DNA of 64,000 bases, taken from positions 45,136,001 to 45,200,000 of the forward strand of contig NC_083282.1 of the NCBI RefSeq assembly GCF_963506605.1, written 5' to 3'. Both the position numbers and the translations under genes were made by a program. Source of the stretch: Zootoca vivipara (taxonomy: Eukaryota). The notes under the pieces were generated by a model that was given only the letters and a program-made list of their open reading frames with translations, made no database searches and was not told the DNA's origin. Positions 25,174 to 36,011 of this stretch are shown here, one piece after another; the stretch's first letter is position 1, and the number at the start of each line of letters is the position of its first letter.

Positions 25174-26160
25174 GGTTGAACAAAGGTAAAAATTCACATC
25201 CGTTGCCGCACCCAGTTCTTGCCACTGGCCCTATGCACCACTATCATGTGGCCCACAGAAGGTTGTCTGTGAGAGTATCTGACCCTCAGACTGGCGAATG
25301 TTCTAGATGGGCTGATGGGTCTCCCTTAATAAAATGTGGCTTCCTTTGTTCCTAAGCAAGTTGCTGCATTACTGGATAACTGCTGGAAGACTCATTTTTG
25401 CTGCATCAGGAACTTATTTTTTGTCTGGGGCAGATAACTGTTGCTTCCAAAGGGCAATCTGCATTAATATGCACAATTAATTTGCTTGTAGTGGAAATTG
25501 CTGTATAACATAGTCCTGGTCCACAAGTGGTAAACAACTGCACTTTTTTGTGAGGTGGCCTTGAACTCTCCTGGCATAATACGTTGAGAAACTTGAGCTG
25601 GCTCCTAAAATCTGGGCCAAGTAGTTTGGCATCTAGCCAAGGAACACTTCGTTTTGATCCTCTTTAGATCCTCAAGTATTCTGGACAGCTAGAAATTAAC
25701 AGTTCTTTGATTTGTAGCTCAGTGGCTGATACAGTTGCTGGGTCACTGGTTTGTGTTAAAGTAATCCCACTTGGATATAAATTTTTGGTCTCATTGTATT
25801 TAAAGAGGGGTGCAAATATAGAAAGAATTTTGTATGTTTATTCTTTGTGCACTTGCAGTTTAACAAGTGGGACTTATTTGATAGTACTTCTCTACAAGCC
25901 TGAAGTCTGGGCTGACTTGCAGAAATATTGTGCTACAGTGTGTGGTGTTTAGCAGTTAGAAATCTACTACATGAGAACTCTTTTTGTAGTAGAAATACAG
26001 GGAGAGAGGAGAATCTTGAATAACTTCAAGCCACCACCTGCTGCTAAAAACTAACCATGTTAATTGAAATCTAGGATGATTTCTCAGTTATCAGTTGTTT
26101 TGTCTGCACTACCTCTATCCAGTTGTCATTTCCTCCTCTTTTGGTGTATGCTGTGCTTTA

Positions 26161-26748
26161 GGGAAGGGTCATACCTCAGTATCAGAGCACGTGTGTTGCA
26201 TGCTAAAGGGCCCAGGTTCAATCCCTGGCTTGTCTAGGGAGGGCTGAGAATGTCCCTTGACTGAAACCCTGGAGAGTCACTGACAGTCAGTGTTAACAGT
26301 ATTGAGCTAGATCAGGGGTCCCCAGACTTACCTGGCTTTGGGCCGGTGCCCGCCGCGCCGATCGTGTGGCGGGCCGGAGGGTGGGGGAGTGCGCGCCCGT
26401 GCGCATGCGCACACACACTTACTGGCGCGGTGGCGCGCTTCCAGGTCGGAAAAAGCGCCGGAAATCGTTTGTGCACATGCGTATGGGCCTCCCCCGACCC
26501 AGAAGTGCACCGGAAATGACCTCTTCTGGGTCGGGAGAGGCCCATACGCATGCGCACAAATGATTTTCGGCGCTTTTTTCCGACCTGGAAGAGCGCCGCC
26601 GCACTGTGCGCCATAAAAGCGGGCAAGGGGGTTGTCGCGGGCCGGATTGGGAGGCCAATTGGGCCGCATCTGACCCGCGGGCTGTAGTCTGGGGACCCCT
26701 GATCTAGATGGACCAAAGGTCTGACTCAGCCTTGACAGCTTCTTGTGC
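26161..26748 (+). mobile_element. tRNA-derived SINE split by a nested hAT MITE
   Basis: Head ...CCAGGTTCAATCCCTGGC, body ...ATTGAGCTAGAT[insert]...GGACCAAAGGTCTGACTCAG..ACAGCTTC. Confidence 0.75.
26313..26701. mobile_element. hAT-family MITE, CpG-rich, with a long internal palindrome
   Basis: 16-bp TIR CAGGGGTCCCCAGACT / AGTCTGGGGACCCCTG; 8-bp TSD AGCTAGAT / ATCTAGAT. Confidence 0.9.
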
Positions 26749-27288
26749 ATTCATGAAAAAGGGGTCAAGAAGGTGGTTTCTAAACATATCCTGAGTGGGG
26801 TCCCTAAGACTGTTGGATGGCACCCTGTATGCCTCCTACCAGCAACTCAGGCAGTATAGCTTGTGCCAAACATATTGCTCTGCTTTCCTATGGACCACAT
26901 CAGTGAGGCCAAGAGGCCTTGTCCATCTGGGCAGCTCAGGACCTCCATACACACTGGGAAATTATTTCAGTGCTGCTAACACAGCAGTTTGACTTCACCC
27001 CTGGACGCACACTCCATTGTCTCTCGAGATAGATGAATGCCAACAAGGAGGAGGTCCAGGAGTTATTGGGGATGCATTCACCTACCGATCTTAAAGTTTA
27101 TAGATTGTTTACTTTTATGATTGTTTGGTTTGAGTTAGTACGGTATATCATTAGTACAGTTGGAGGAACTTAACATTTGCCCCACTAAATTCAAGAAGAA
27201 ATTCCTCACCTGTCTGTACTTTGAAGTACAGACAGTTTAACTGTGGTTCTTTTCTTTTCTTTTTAATTGGTTTTTTTAATATTTTCAG

Positions 27289-27435
27289 TATATCAACTGT
27301 GGTAACCTAGAACAGCTGTTGGATGGTAATCAACATCTGCCCTGGACAGTAAGGGTGAAGCTGGCACTGGACATTGCTCTGGGACTCACTTACCTTCACT
27401 ATAAAGGCATTTTCCATCGGGATCTGACATCCAAG
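27289..27435 (+). CDS. TESK2: TESK2 coding exon (147 bp), catalytic loop
   Basis: tttcag|[49 protein letters not shown]|gtacc; TESK-type DLTSKN motif. Confidence 0.97.
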
Positions 27436-27480
27436 GTACCATGCGTCCCTATCAAATGAAAACATTTGGCAATAAATGTG

Positions 27481-27642
27481 CAGGGCCAGCTCTAGGTGTA
27501 GGCTGGGTGGCGCGGGGGCGCAGTGCGGCAAAGCCGCGCTGCGCCCTGCGCCCGCCCACCAGCCACGCCAAGAAACGGGGCGGAGCGGGGGCACCGGAGA
27601 GATCACGGCGCCAGGGAGCGCGACACGCTTGAGACGGCCCTG
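27481..27642. mobile_element. Small CpG-rich hAT-like MITE
   Basis: CAGGGCC ... GGCCCTG termini; 8-bp TSD TAAATGTG / TAGATGTG. Confidence 0.75.
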
Positions 27643-29449
27643 TAGATGTGTATTACTTAACGGACGACAAACAATCTTGCGTAGTTTTATTTTTCTCCAG
27701 CCCCACTCAGTGCCTCAAACTGTAAAACTGTTATGTAAAATGTCACTTTAAAGATTGCAAGAAAACACTGAAAACATAGTTTAGTGGATTAAACTTTCCC
27801 AGAACAACTCACGTTGTGTAGATGTCTGAGAAGAAACTAACCTGAAGTAGAGGTCACAAATAAATGAGTTAGGATTATGTTCCTGGGAAGGTGGTTGCAC
27901 AACTTCTTTAATTTGTTCACAGCAAGTTATTCAGACTTCTAGTTCCCAAAGCCTAGAGATCCAGCTGCTACACATTTTATAATATAAAACTACAAAAAGA
28001 TGCAGGCATACAGATTGGCTCTGTGTCCCACCCTACTTTCCTAAAGGCTTATTGCTGTATATGTTCCCCATCACTTCAGATACATTCAACATTGTTCTAC
28101 AGGTGACCTAAACTGCTACAGAGCAACACTGAGCTGGTAGTAGTTTTACTCCAGAAACTGTTTAACTGATGGATAAAACAGCAATTATGCTACAAATAAT
28201 TGCATAAACTTTGCTTTTCAAGATGCCTTGTCATTACGACTATTTAACATTGTAGCTAGTAATATGAAAATAATTTCTTTCCTTATAAATGTCACATTGT
28301 AATTGCAAACTGGTGAGGAAAGCAATCAGAAATCTATCACCTTGACGATTATCTGTTGTTTTGGCACTAATTCATAAACAACACTATTATAAACCACTAA
28401 TGATTAAAAAAAAGTGATAGTGATTTTTTAAATGTGCCATAGGTAAAATGCAGAGTTACTATGAAGGTTCTCATGCCAAAACTGCAAATGACCAGCTGGG
28501 ATGCACTTTAATAGTCTGCCAACTCTGGGGAGATAGGACAGAATGGAATAAAGAGTTACTGTCTCTGTTCTTGAGAAGCAAAGCATCCCAAATGCCACCT
28601 CTTCTGTTTATAGGAGTATTTCCAGACTTCAGTATACTGATTTTTGTAACTGAACTGTGGTCTTTTTGAAATTAATTCAAATGGAAGGCAAATATTAACA
28701 GGTGGTATACTTATGGCTGAAGAGTTGTGTGAGCCTTGAAAGTAATTAGGTCATGCCTGAAACACTAAGATGAGAAGCTTTAGTACAATAGCACTTGGGC
28801 TGCATTGATACCACTTAATAGTGTAAAATTGTTTGGTGTTACAATATTGGTGAGCAAATCATAATTCCTGTTAGTGTTGTCTGTGGTTTCACTCTATCTT
28901 GCTGTTTAAGTGATTGAGATGAATTCTGTTTGAATCAATTAATTCTCCTGTTTGAATCAGCCCTGAACTCACTAGGTGGTCTTTAAAAAGCCACACCCTC
29001 TCAATATCGACCCCTCTCCCCATTTGTACTATGATGATATCTACCTTTATAGATAGTTAGAATTACAACGGTATAATGTACTCGTATGTGCAATCTTTTT
29101 TAACCCTTTAAATCGGGAGCAGGGAACCTTTGGCAGCCAGTGGGCCATTTTGGAAGCTCCCCCATCCCCTGCAGACCAATTTGACAGCTGGGCGGAGCTG
29201 TGCACTCAAATTACCTGACTTCAACATGACATCAGATGACGCAAAGTAATTATTTTCCAATGTCACCCTGGCTCGAGCCATGCCAGTAGATTAAGATCAT
29301 TTGAATCACCAGCTTGAATTCAAGCTGAGAATACAAAGTAATTGGTGCTTTCAGCAGCACCAGTCCTCGCTTGCCAAGGAACAACTGGGAGCACACTTTA
29401 AGTCTCCAAATCTCTACCTGTTGCATACCTGACATCACAGGTATGGGGT

Positions 29450-29522
29450 AGAATCATAGAACTGTAGATTTAGAAGGGACCCCATGGGCCATCTAGTCCA
29501 ACCCTCTGAGAGGTAGGAATCT
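29450..29522 (-). mobile_element. CR1 3' end fragment
   Basis: AGAATCATAGAACTGTAGA..GAAGGGACC..CATCTAGTCCAACCC. Confidence 0.65.
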
Positions 29523-31317
29523 CACCTTGCAATCCCCCATCCACTTTGAAACCAAAGCAGGCCTGCTTAGCTTTGCAAATGTATTAGCAGTTCTATTCCC
29601 TGGCAGAAAGCCCCATTTAATTCAATAGGATTTTCTTCTGGGTAGGCGTGGTTAGGATTGCACTGCAAACCTCCTTCCCCAATATCTATCTGATATGTTT
29701 GTGTTTTGCAGGTAGGATCCCAAGAGGTTTTATATTTAAGCCCAGCAAAGCCCCTAATGGTTGTAGAACAGCTAAAATATTTTGCATTTCTCACCATTTC
29801 TTCTTTGCTTTTAAACACAGCCAGGGAGGCATTCTGTGAAGTGCAGAAGCTCTGGGCTGAGGATCCAGTTCTTTTCCTCATTTGAAAAATACTGTAGTAG
29901 CATTTTTACTCATATGCTTTCCAACCAGATGCACATGCATGAAGCTTACAAAGAGAGATGGACAGCTCAGGGGTTTTTTTGAGAAAAATGTCCTTGTGGA
30001 CCTTTTTGGGATCCTTATCAGACTAACGAACAAAGGTTCTTCCCTGCACCTCGGTCTAAATGCAAAATATATTGAGAACACTATGGAGAATGTGGAGTAG
30101 ATTTCCATGTTGCCATTATGCTTCTTGAAAAGTTTTCAAGATTGACAAGCCAGAGTAGTACAAAAGCTCCATAATCCTAAAATTAAAAATCCTAAAATAG
30201 AAATACCAATGTTACTTAAGTGGTAATAAATCTACTCAGCATATTTTTTATGCTAGCCTTTTCCCTACCTTCCTTTGATTTATGGAATTGCTATTTAAGC
30301 TAGTGAACTTCAAAATCAAATGAGGTAATTAAATTTGGATTTAGATAATTTCCTTGTAAAACCTTCAAGTTGCCAGAAAGCAATAATGAAAGAGGATGAG
30401 AAGCAGAAGACAATGAGTTATTGTGAGGATGCATTTCTTACCTGTTTATGTTTTTATATAAATCTGATTGTCTGAGACAAATTTTTACAGTGCAAAATTG
30501 TGTGAACTCTCTCTTGTTTACACACACACTATATATATAGAGAGAGAGAGCGAGAGAGAGAGTTTATATCACACTTTTCAGCATAAATTGCTTCTCTTAA
30601 ATGACTTCATTTAGCATTTAGCAGAAATGGATTTCTTTAGCAATATTGTAAAACATTGTATGTAACCAGGAATATATTGTTGTGTATTAGCACTGTGCCT
30701 GTTCACTTTCATACTTCATAGTAAGGGCTGTGATACATTTCATTAGAAAGATGTGGTTTGAAATTGAGGGATTATACGTTTGCCTTTACTCTCCTCATCC
30801 ATCATTGGCAGTGATGATGACAGAACAAGTAGCAGTTAATATTGTCCCATTTGGCTGTTTGGCATTTTAGCTAATGTGAAGGAAACTGTGGTAACATGCC
30901 TGAATATAAAGCAATCCTTCTTTGCTTTCCGTAGCACAAAGAAATTAATGGAAACTGCATTGGGCCTGAACAAGCTATTGCTAGTGGATCTCTTTTTCTT
31001 ATGTGAGAAGAAAATAAATGTTGAACTTCCTTAGCAGGATTACACTGTGCAAAGCAGATGTTAAGCTCTCTCAACACACAAAAGGAGCTTTATGTTCCCT
31101 CACATCTGTTTATGTATAAACATTTGTTAACTCTTTGGAGTTCAGTTTCAGCTTCTTTAAGTGAAGATTTCAGCCTAAGGCATAACTCAGGTTGTATAAA
31201 CTTCCAGAATTGTATCTCTGGGGAAGTCTCCACAGAGAGATTTGATCATGTATTGTTGGACTTTTTTTATACATGCAGTGTATCAATACATTCCACAGAA
31301 TTTGAATCTGCATAATG

Positions 31318-31455
31318 AGGGGCCGTAGCTCAGTGGTGGAGTGCAATATTTGCATACAGAATATTCCATGTTCAATCCTTGGAACCACCAGCCTGTGAGA
31401 AGCCTCTGTGCGAGATCAGTCAGGGTAGACGGTAGAGGGTACTGGGCTAGATAAA
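31318..31455 (+). mobile_element. Degenerate tRNA-derived SINE
   Basis: GGGGCCGTAGCTCAGTGGTGGAG..TTTGCA..GTTCAATCC head. Confidence 0.65.
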
Positions 31456-32147
31456 CAGAGCAGTGCTAGTCCCACCCACCATGTTTCAGATGGTGATGAG
31501 TTATTGGACATACAAAAAGCGCCTCTCTCATTGACCTCAGTGGATGGGCAAGATTAAAGTAGGGCAGATGGCAGTCCTTTAAATATCCTGTACTGAAACA
31601 TATAGGGTTTTTAGACAATGACTTTGAATTTTGCCTGAAAACAGGCAAAGGGGAATACAATTCCATCCAAAACCTGTTGCAACACTGTCACTCCTCAGTA
31701 ACCAAGAACACTCCCGATTGTCTGGATTAAATTCATTCTAAATACTTATTTTCAGGGATAGTATAGTGACAGTAAGTATTTCAACTAAATGTAACCATTG
31801 GTTCCCAGTCTGATTGCCTTCTCTTTATCAAAATTAATATAATGAAACAGTTTCCCACAGACCTTCTGTAATGCTCAATCCAGGGACGTATCTATAATAA
31901 GTGCCCACAGTTGCCTTGTAGAGCACAGCTTGGCTAATCAGTGATGTGGGTTTTCTGGAATACAGTAATTTTATGATGTCCTTGTAGTGTAATCTGATTC
32001 AGCAGATTGCCCATGTAAATCCGGTGTCTCAATACATATTAGTATTTGAAATGAAATTGGATTAGAGAAGAAACTAAATAAAGCACAATTAATATGGCTT
32101 AAAGTGGTTTTAAAAAAAATCTATATGGGACTACATTTGTACACATA

Positions 32148-32380
32148 AAATCATAGAACTGTAGAGTTGAAAGAGACCCAAAGGATCACCTAGTCCTGCA
32201 AATGCAGGAATTCCAGCTGAAGAATAGCTGACAGGTAGATGTAAACATTTCCAATGAAGGAGAGTCCACCACCTTCCAATGTAGTCCCTTTCCACTGTTG
32301 AACAGCTATTACTGTCAGAAAGTTCTTCCTGGTGTTTAGTTGGAATCTCATTTCTTGTAATTTGAATCCATTGGTTCAGG
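32148..32380 (-). mobile_element. CR1 3' fragment
   Basis: AATCATAGAACTGTAGAGTTG..., GGAGAGTCCACCACC, AGAAAGTTCTTCCT. Confidence 0.7.
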
Positions 32381-35043
32381 TAAAACACGATGCTTTACAA
32401 ATAGCATTCTAAAATAAACACATGAAAAACAGAGGAAGTGGGAGGGAAATGGAGGCAGAGAAGAACATGGTGTTTTCAATTACAGACACTTTGACTTGGT
32501 TACAGTAAGGTATAGTTATTGGAGTGAAGGGGCAGCAATTTCAGAGAGAACAGGAAAAGGGAAGTTTTGAGGGAGATAATGAATAGGAATGAGATTAGGA
32601 GACAAACTGTGGGTGGGTGCCATAATGATTGAAAAGGGTATTATCTCAAGCAGAGTTTGACATGAAGTTATGGTCAAACAAATTCAAAGCAGTTATTCTT
32701 ACTGGAATACTTGTAAAAGTTTGGACAATAAGATGTGCCTCCCATGCATTGTTTACATTTAAGGAAAAAATATTGAAGGCTAATGCAGGAAAGCAAATGA
32801 ATAGCAACCACTCACTGATCAGCAACATTATTTTTTTTTGGAGAAATACAACTCTGTATTCAGGGCATATAGTTTGAAAGTTCATAAACTGTAAGAGAAA
32901 GCTTGATTTCATTGTATTATACTAAAAGCTTCTTAAGTAGGTAGAAAAATTACTTGCCATATGAAGCACCCAAAATGAACCCTAGCATTATCAAATGGCT
33001 GCTGCCCAGCATATGGTTACTTCTACACCAACTGCTGAATTTTCATCGTGGTTTTAACATTGCTGTATGATTAATGTTATCCCTCTAGGATTTAGCTGCA
33101 TTTTGCAGTGAACAAATAGTTTACCACAAGCAAGCTGAATGAATGCATTCTTTGACGAGAGATAACAAAGGCCATAATTGAGAAGCTTTAGTGTGTGTTG
33201 GGTTGGCCTGATTCAGTTGACCTTGTGCAATTTTTCAAATCTCAAAGTGAACTGTGGGTGCTATAACTGATCCAGGTTAAAATAAAATAAATATTAATTG
33301 GGACCTAGGCATCAAACAGGAATCTATGTGTGTCCATTAGAGAAGTACAATGAAGACCTGAGCCTGATGTGTCTACCCTCTCCCTTCCTCCCCCTCTCCT
33401 TTCCCATCTGCTCTTTTTATGAGCAGGCAAGTACCTGAATTTATTTGCTGATTTTGCAGTTTACAACTCAAGAGAAGTCCATAAAGTCACTGCTGCCTGC
33501 TGTTAACATGGATGTGTGTGTTACAGTGGGCAATGCAGTTGTGCAAGAAATTAAACTGTACAAAACTAAGAACAGAACTTTACTATACTTTCATATACTT
33601 CAATGAAAGGCTAACAATTGCCAGTGCCAGAGGCATCAGTACATTAGAGAGAACAGTACACAGACCAGAATGCTTAATTTCCCCATCTGCTCCTTGTCTT
33701 TGACAGTTAAGTATCATTGTAATGATGTGGCCATTGGTCTCCAAATCCAGTAAAGACTACAGTTCACAGTCCTAGTTTACCTACAAGATTTTGGCTAAGT
33801 GAGACTTGACAGTGGCTTGCAGACATTGCAAGCAAGTTATTTTTTAATTTTAAAATAGATTAAATGTATGTAGTGATCTATTTTAAAAAGCAAAATCCCA
33901 AAAAATGTTCTGAATGGAAATATCAAATTAATGTTCTACCTGAGATATTAAAATCAGCAAAAGGCAAAAAAAATTGAAATTAATACTGTGCTTAAACTAC
34001 AGCCTAAATGCAGTGTAAACCTAGAAATTATAATTCATAGTAATAATCCATGAACTGAATCTAGCAAAGTGATTTCACTTAAAGATATCAAACAGCACAA
34101 GTGCCCAATATATCATATTTGTTCCTTGTTCTGTTTGCAACTCATTCCTATACTGGTATGTGTTAGCTCAGAAGTCTTGCTGGGTTCAGTATGATTTGCT
34201 CCCAAATGTAAATAGAATTTCCAGCCTTATGGTGCAGTCGTACACTTGTTGAGAATTCCTACTGTGTTCAAGGGGGATTGCTCCCTCATAAGCATGTTTA
34301 GGAGTAGAGCCTTAGGCTGCAATCCAATACATACTTAGCTGGGAGTAAGCCTTCTGACTCAGCAAGCATAGAATTACACTACTAGTTTCTCTAGCCTCCC
34401 AAATGTTCCTGTGCTATTGGGTAATTATTCAGGTAACTGTTGCATATTTAGAATTGGGGTGGACATTCTTTTTCCCAGTCAAACTGTATAGTAAACTTGA
34501 ACAGATTGCTAAAAAAGGAGCAGTAGCTTTGGCTGATCTTCAGATCAGTCATATCTGGAGATTGCAGAAGCCAGAGTTTTAGTAGGTATATTTGCCTAAG
34601 ACTGTATAACTAGTCTTCAAATACACGCACTGGCACACAAAGCCCTAAATGGCACAATAGAGGCCTGATTATCTGAAGAAACACATCATATTGTTCTGGC
34701 CAGGCTTTGAGGTTGTAGGCTCTTCTGGCAGTGCTATGGCTGACTGAAGTCACAAAATGACTCACCAGAGGGTCTTGGCAAGAGCACCCCAGTTGAGGTA
34801 CATTCACTCCCCTCAGAGCTTCACCTGGTGCATACTTGTCTATATTTATGCACCAGCTAATGACTTTCCTCTTCTGCCAGGCCTCTTAAATTTGTGGTGC
34901 ATGTGCCTACATTACAATGAGAGGTGTTCCTTGTAATACTTGACAGATGGATTAGTTACTATGATTAATGGTTTGTTAGTTGATTGTATATTTAATTTTG
35001 TGAGCTATCTCGGGATTACTTCTGATGAAGGGTGGGATACTAT

Positions 35044-35047
<4 letters not shown>

Positions 35048-35079
<32 letters not shown>
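35048..35079. repeat. (AC)n microsatellite
   Basis: Visible dinucleotide run. Confidence 0.95.
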
Positions 35080-35082
<3 letters not shown>

Positions 35083-35157
35083 TGCTTCCTATTTTTAAGT
35101 TTTTAATGGTGGGATTCAAATGTGGACCACACTAATTCCCCTCTTCTTTTCATTCAG

Positions 35158-35240
35158 AACTGTTTGATAAAGCTTGATGAGAATGGATATTCTGCTATAG
35201 TTGGTGACTTTGGCTTAGCAGAGAAAATCCCCGAATTCAG
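35158..35240 (+). CDS. TESK2: TESK2 coding exon (83 bp), DFG motif
   Basis: attcag|NCLIKLDENGYSAIVGDFGLAEKIPEF(S)|gtaagt. Confidence 0.97.
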
Positions 35241-35770
35241 GTAAGTAGCATTGTCAGCATGAATCAAAATGAGGAATATTACTGCAAACATAAACTATGG
35301 GGGAAATCCTCAGCCGTGGGAATAAAATGGCAAAGAAATTTAAAGGTACAGTCTGAGAATTCAGTAAATATTTTAATCTGTCAAACAAGTAGTGACCATT
35401 CACAGCAGCAGGTATTGGTTATGAGTTATTTAACAGAATCAACTTCTCATCGCTAATACCTGTAGTGGGAGAGAGAACCATTTTGTATATTCAAACAGAA
35501 TTAAACTTGCCAAACAAGGCAAACAAAATCAAATATGGTTATTAGTTCTAGTTCTTCTATTTCATGCTAGATTTCCCTTTGACATTCTTCTAATAGAGAA
35601 TGGCAGCTTTCAGATCAGCAGAAACCTGCAAAACCAAAGCTGAAGAAGAACAGGACTGTATTCCACCTATTTGCAATTATTGGCTTTTTTTAGCCCACCT
35701 ATTTATATTTTCTCTCTTGTATGCCCCAGTGTGTATATGTATCTGTCAAGTGAGGATAACAGTCCCAGCA

Positions 35771-35872
35771 GCAACTTATGAAATGGACTCCAGACCATGA
35801 AAGCTTATGCCATAATAAATTGGTTAGACTTTAAGGTGCTTTCAGACTATTTGTTTTAGCTGCAATAGACTA
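35771..35872 (+). mobile_element. Old Penelope-like pLTR remnant with a degenerate hammerhead
   Basis: CTTATGA-AATGG..CCAT-GAAAGCTTATGC..AATAAA..GTTAGACTTTAAGGTGC..AGACT. Confidence 0.55.
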
Positions 35873-36011
35873 AGACTGAAGTTGCTCTGGGAGTTTTTAC
35901 CATGAGTTTGCATAGTGGCTAAATGAGGTCATCTCCTAAAAAAGATAGATGTTGGTGCTCACCTTGACATGCACCTTTTGATCCTCAGTGTTTGCAGCAG
36001 TGTATGTTTGC

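Noticed and set aside
24904-25355. ORFs spanning the N run
   Set aside because: Artefacts of the assembly gap. No TESK2 exon appears to be missing, since the flanking exons join in phase (ALTE-YINCG).
26312-26750. ORFs in the GC-rich insert
   Set aside because: They lie in a palindromic non-autonomous MITE and show no transposase motifs.
24716-31390. tRNA genes at ~24716, ~26165 and ~31318
   Set aside because: A/B boxes are present, but cloverleaf stems are broken and each continues into a shared SINE body.
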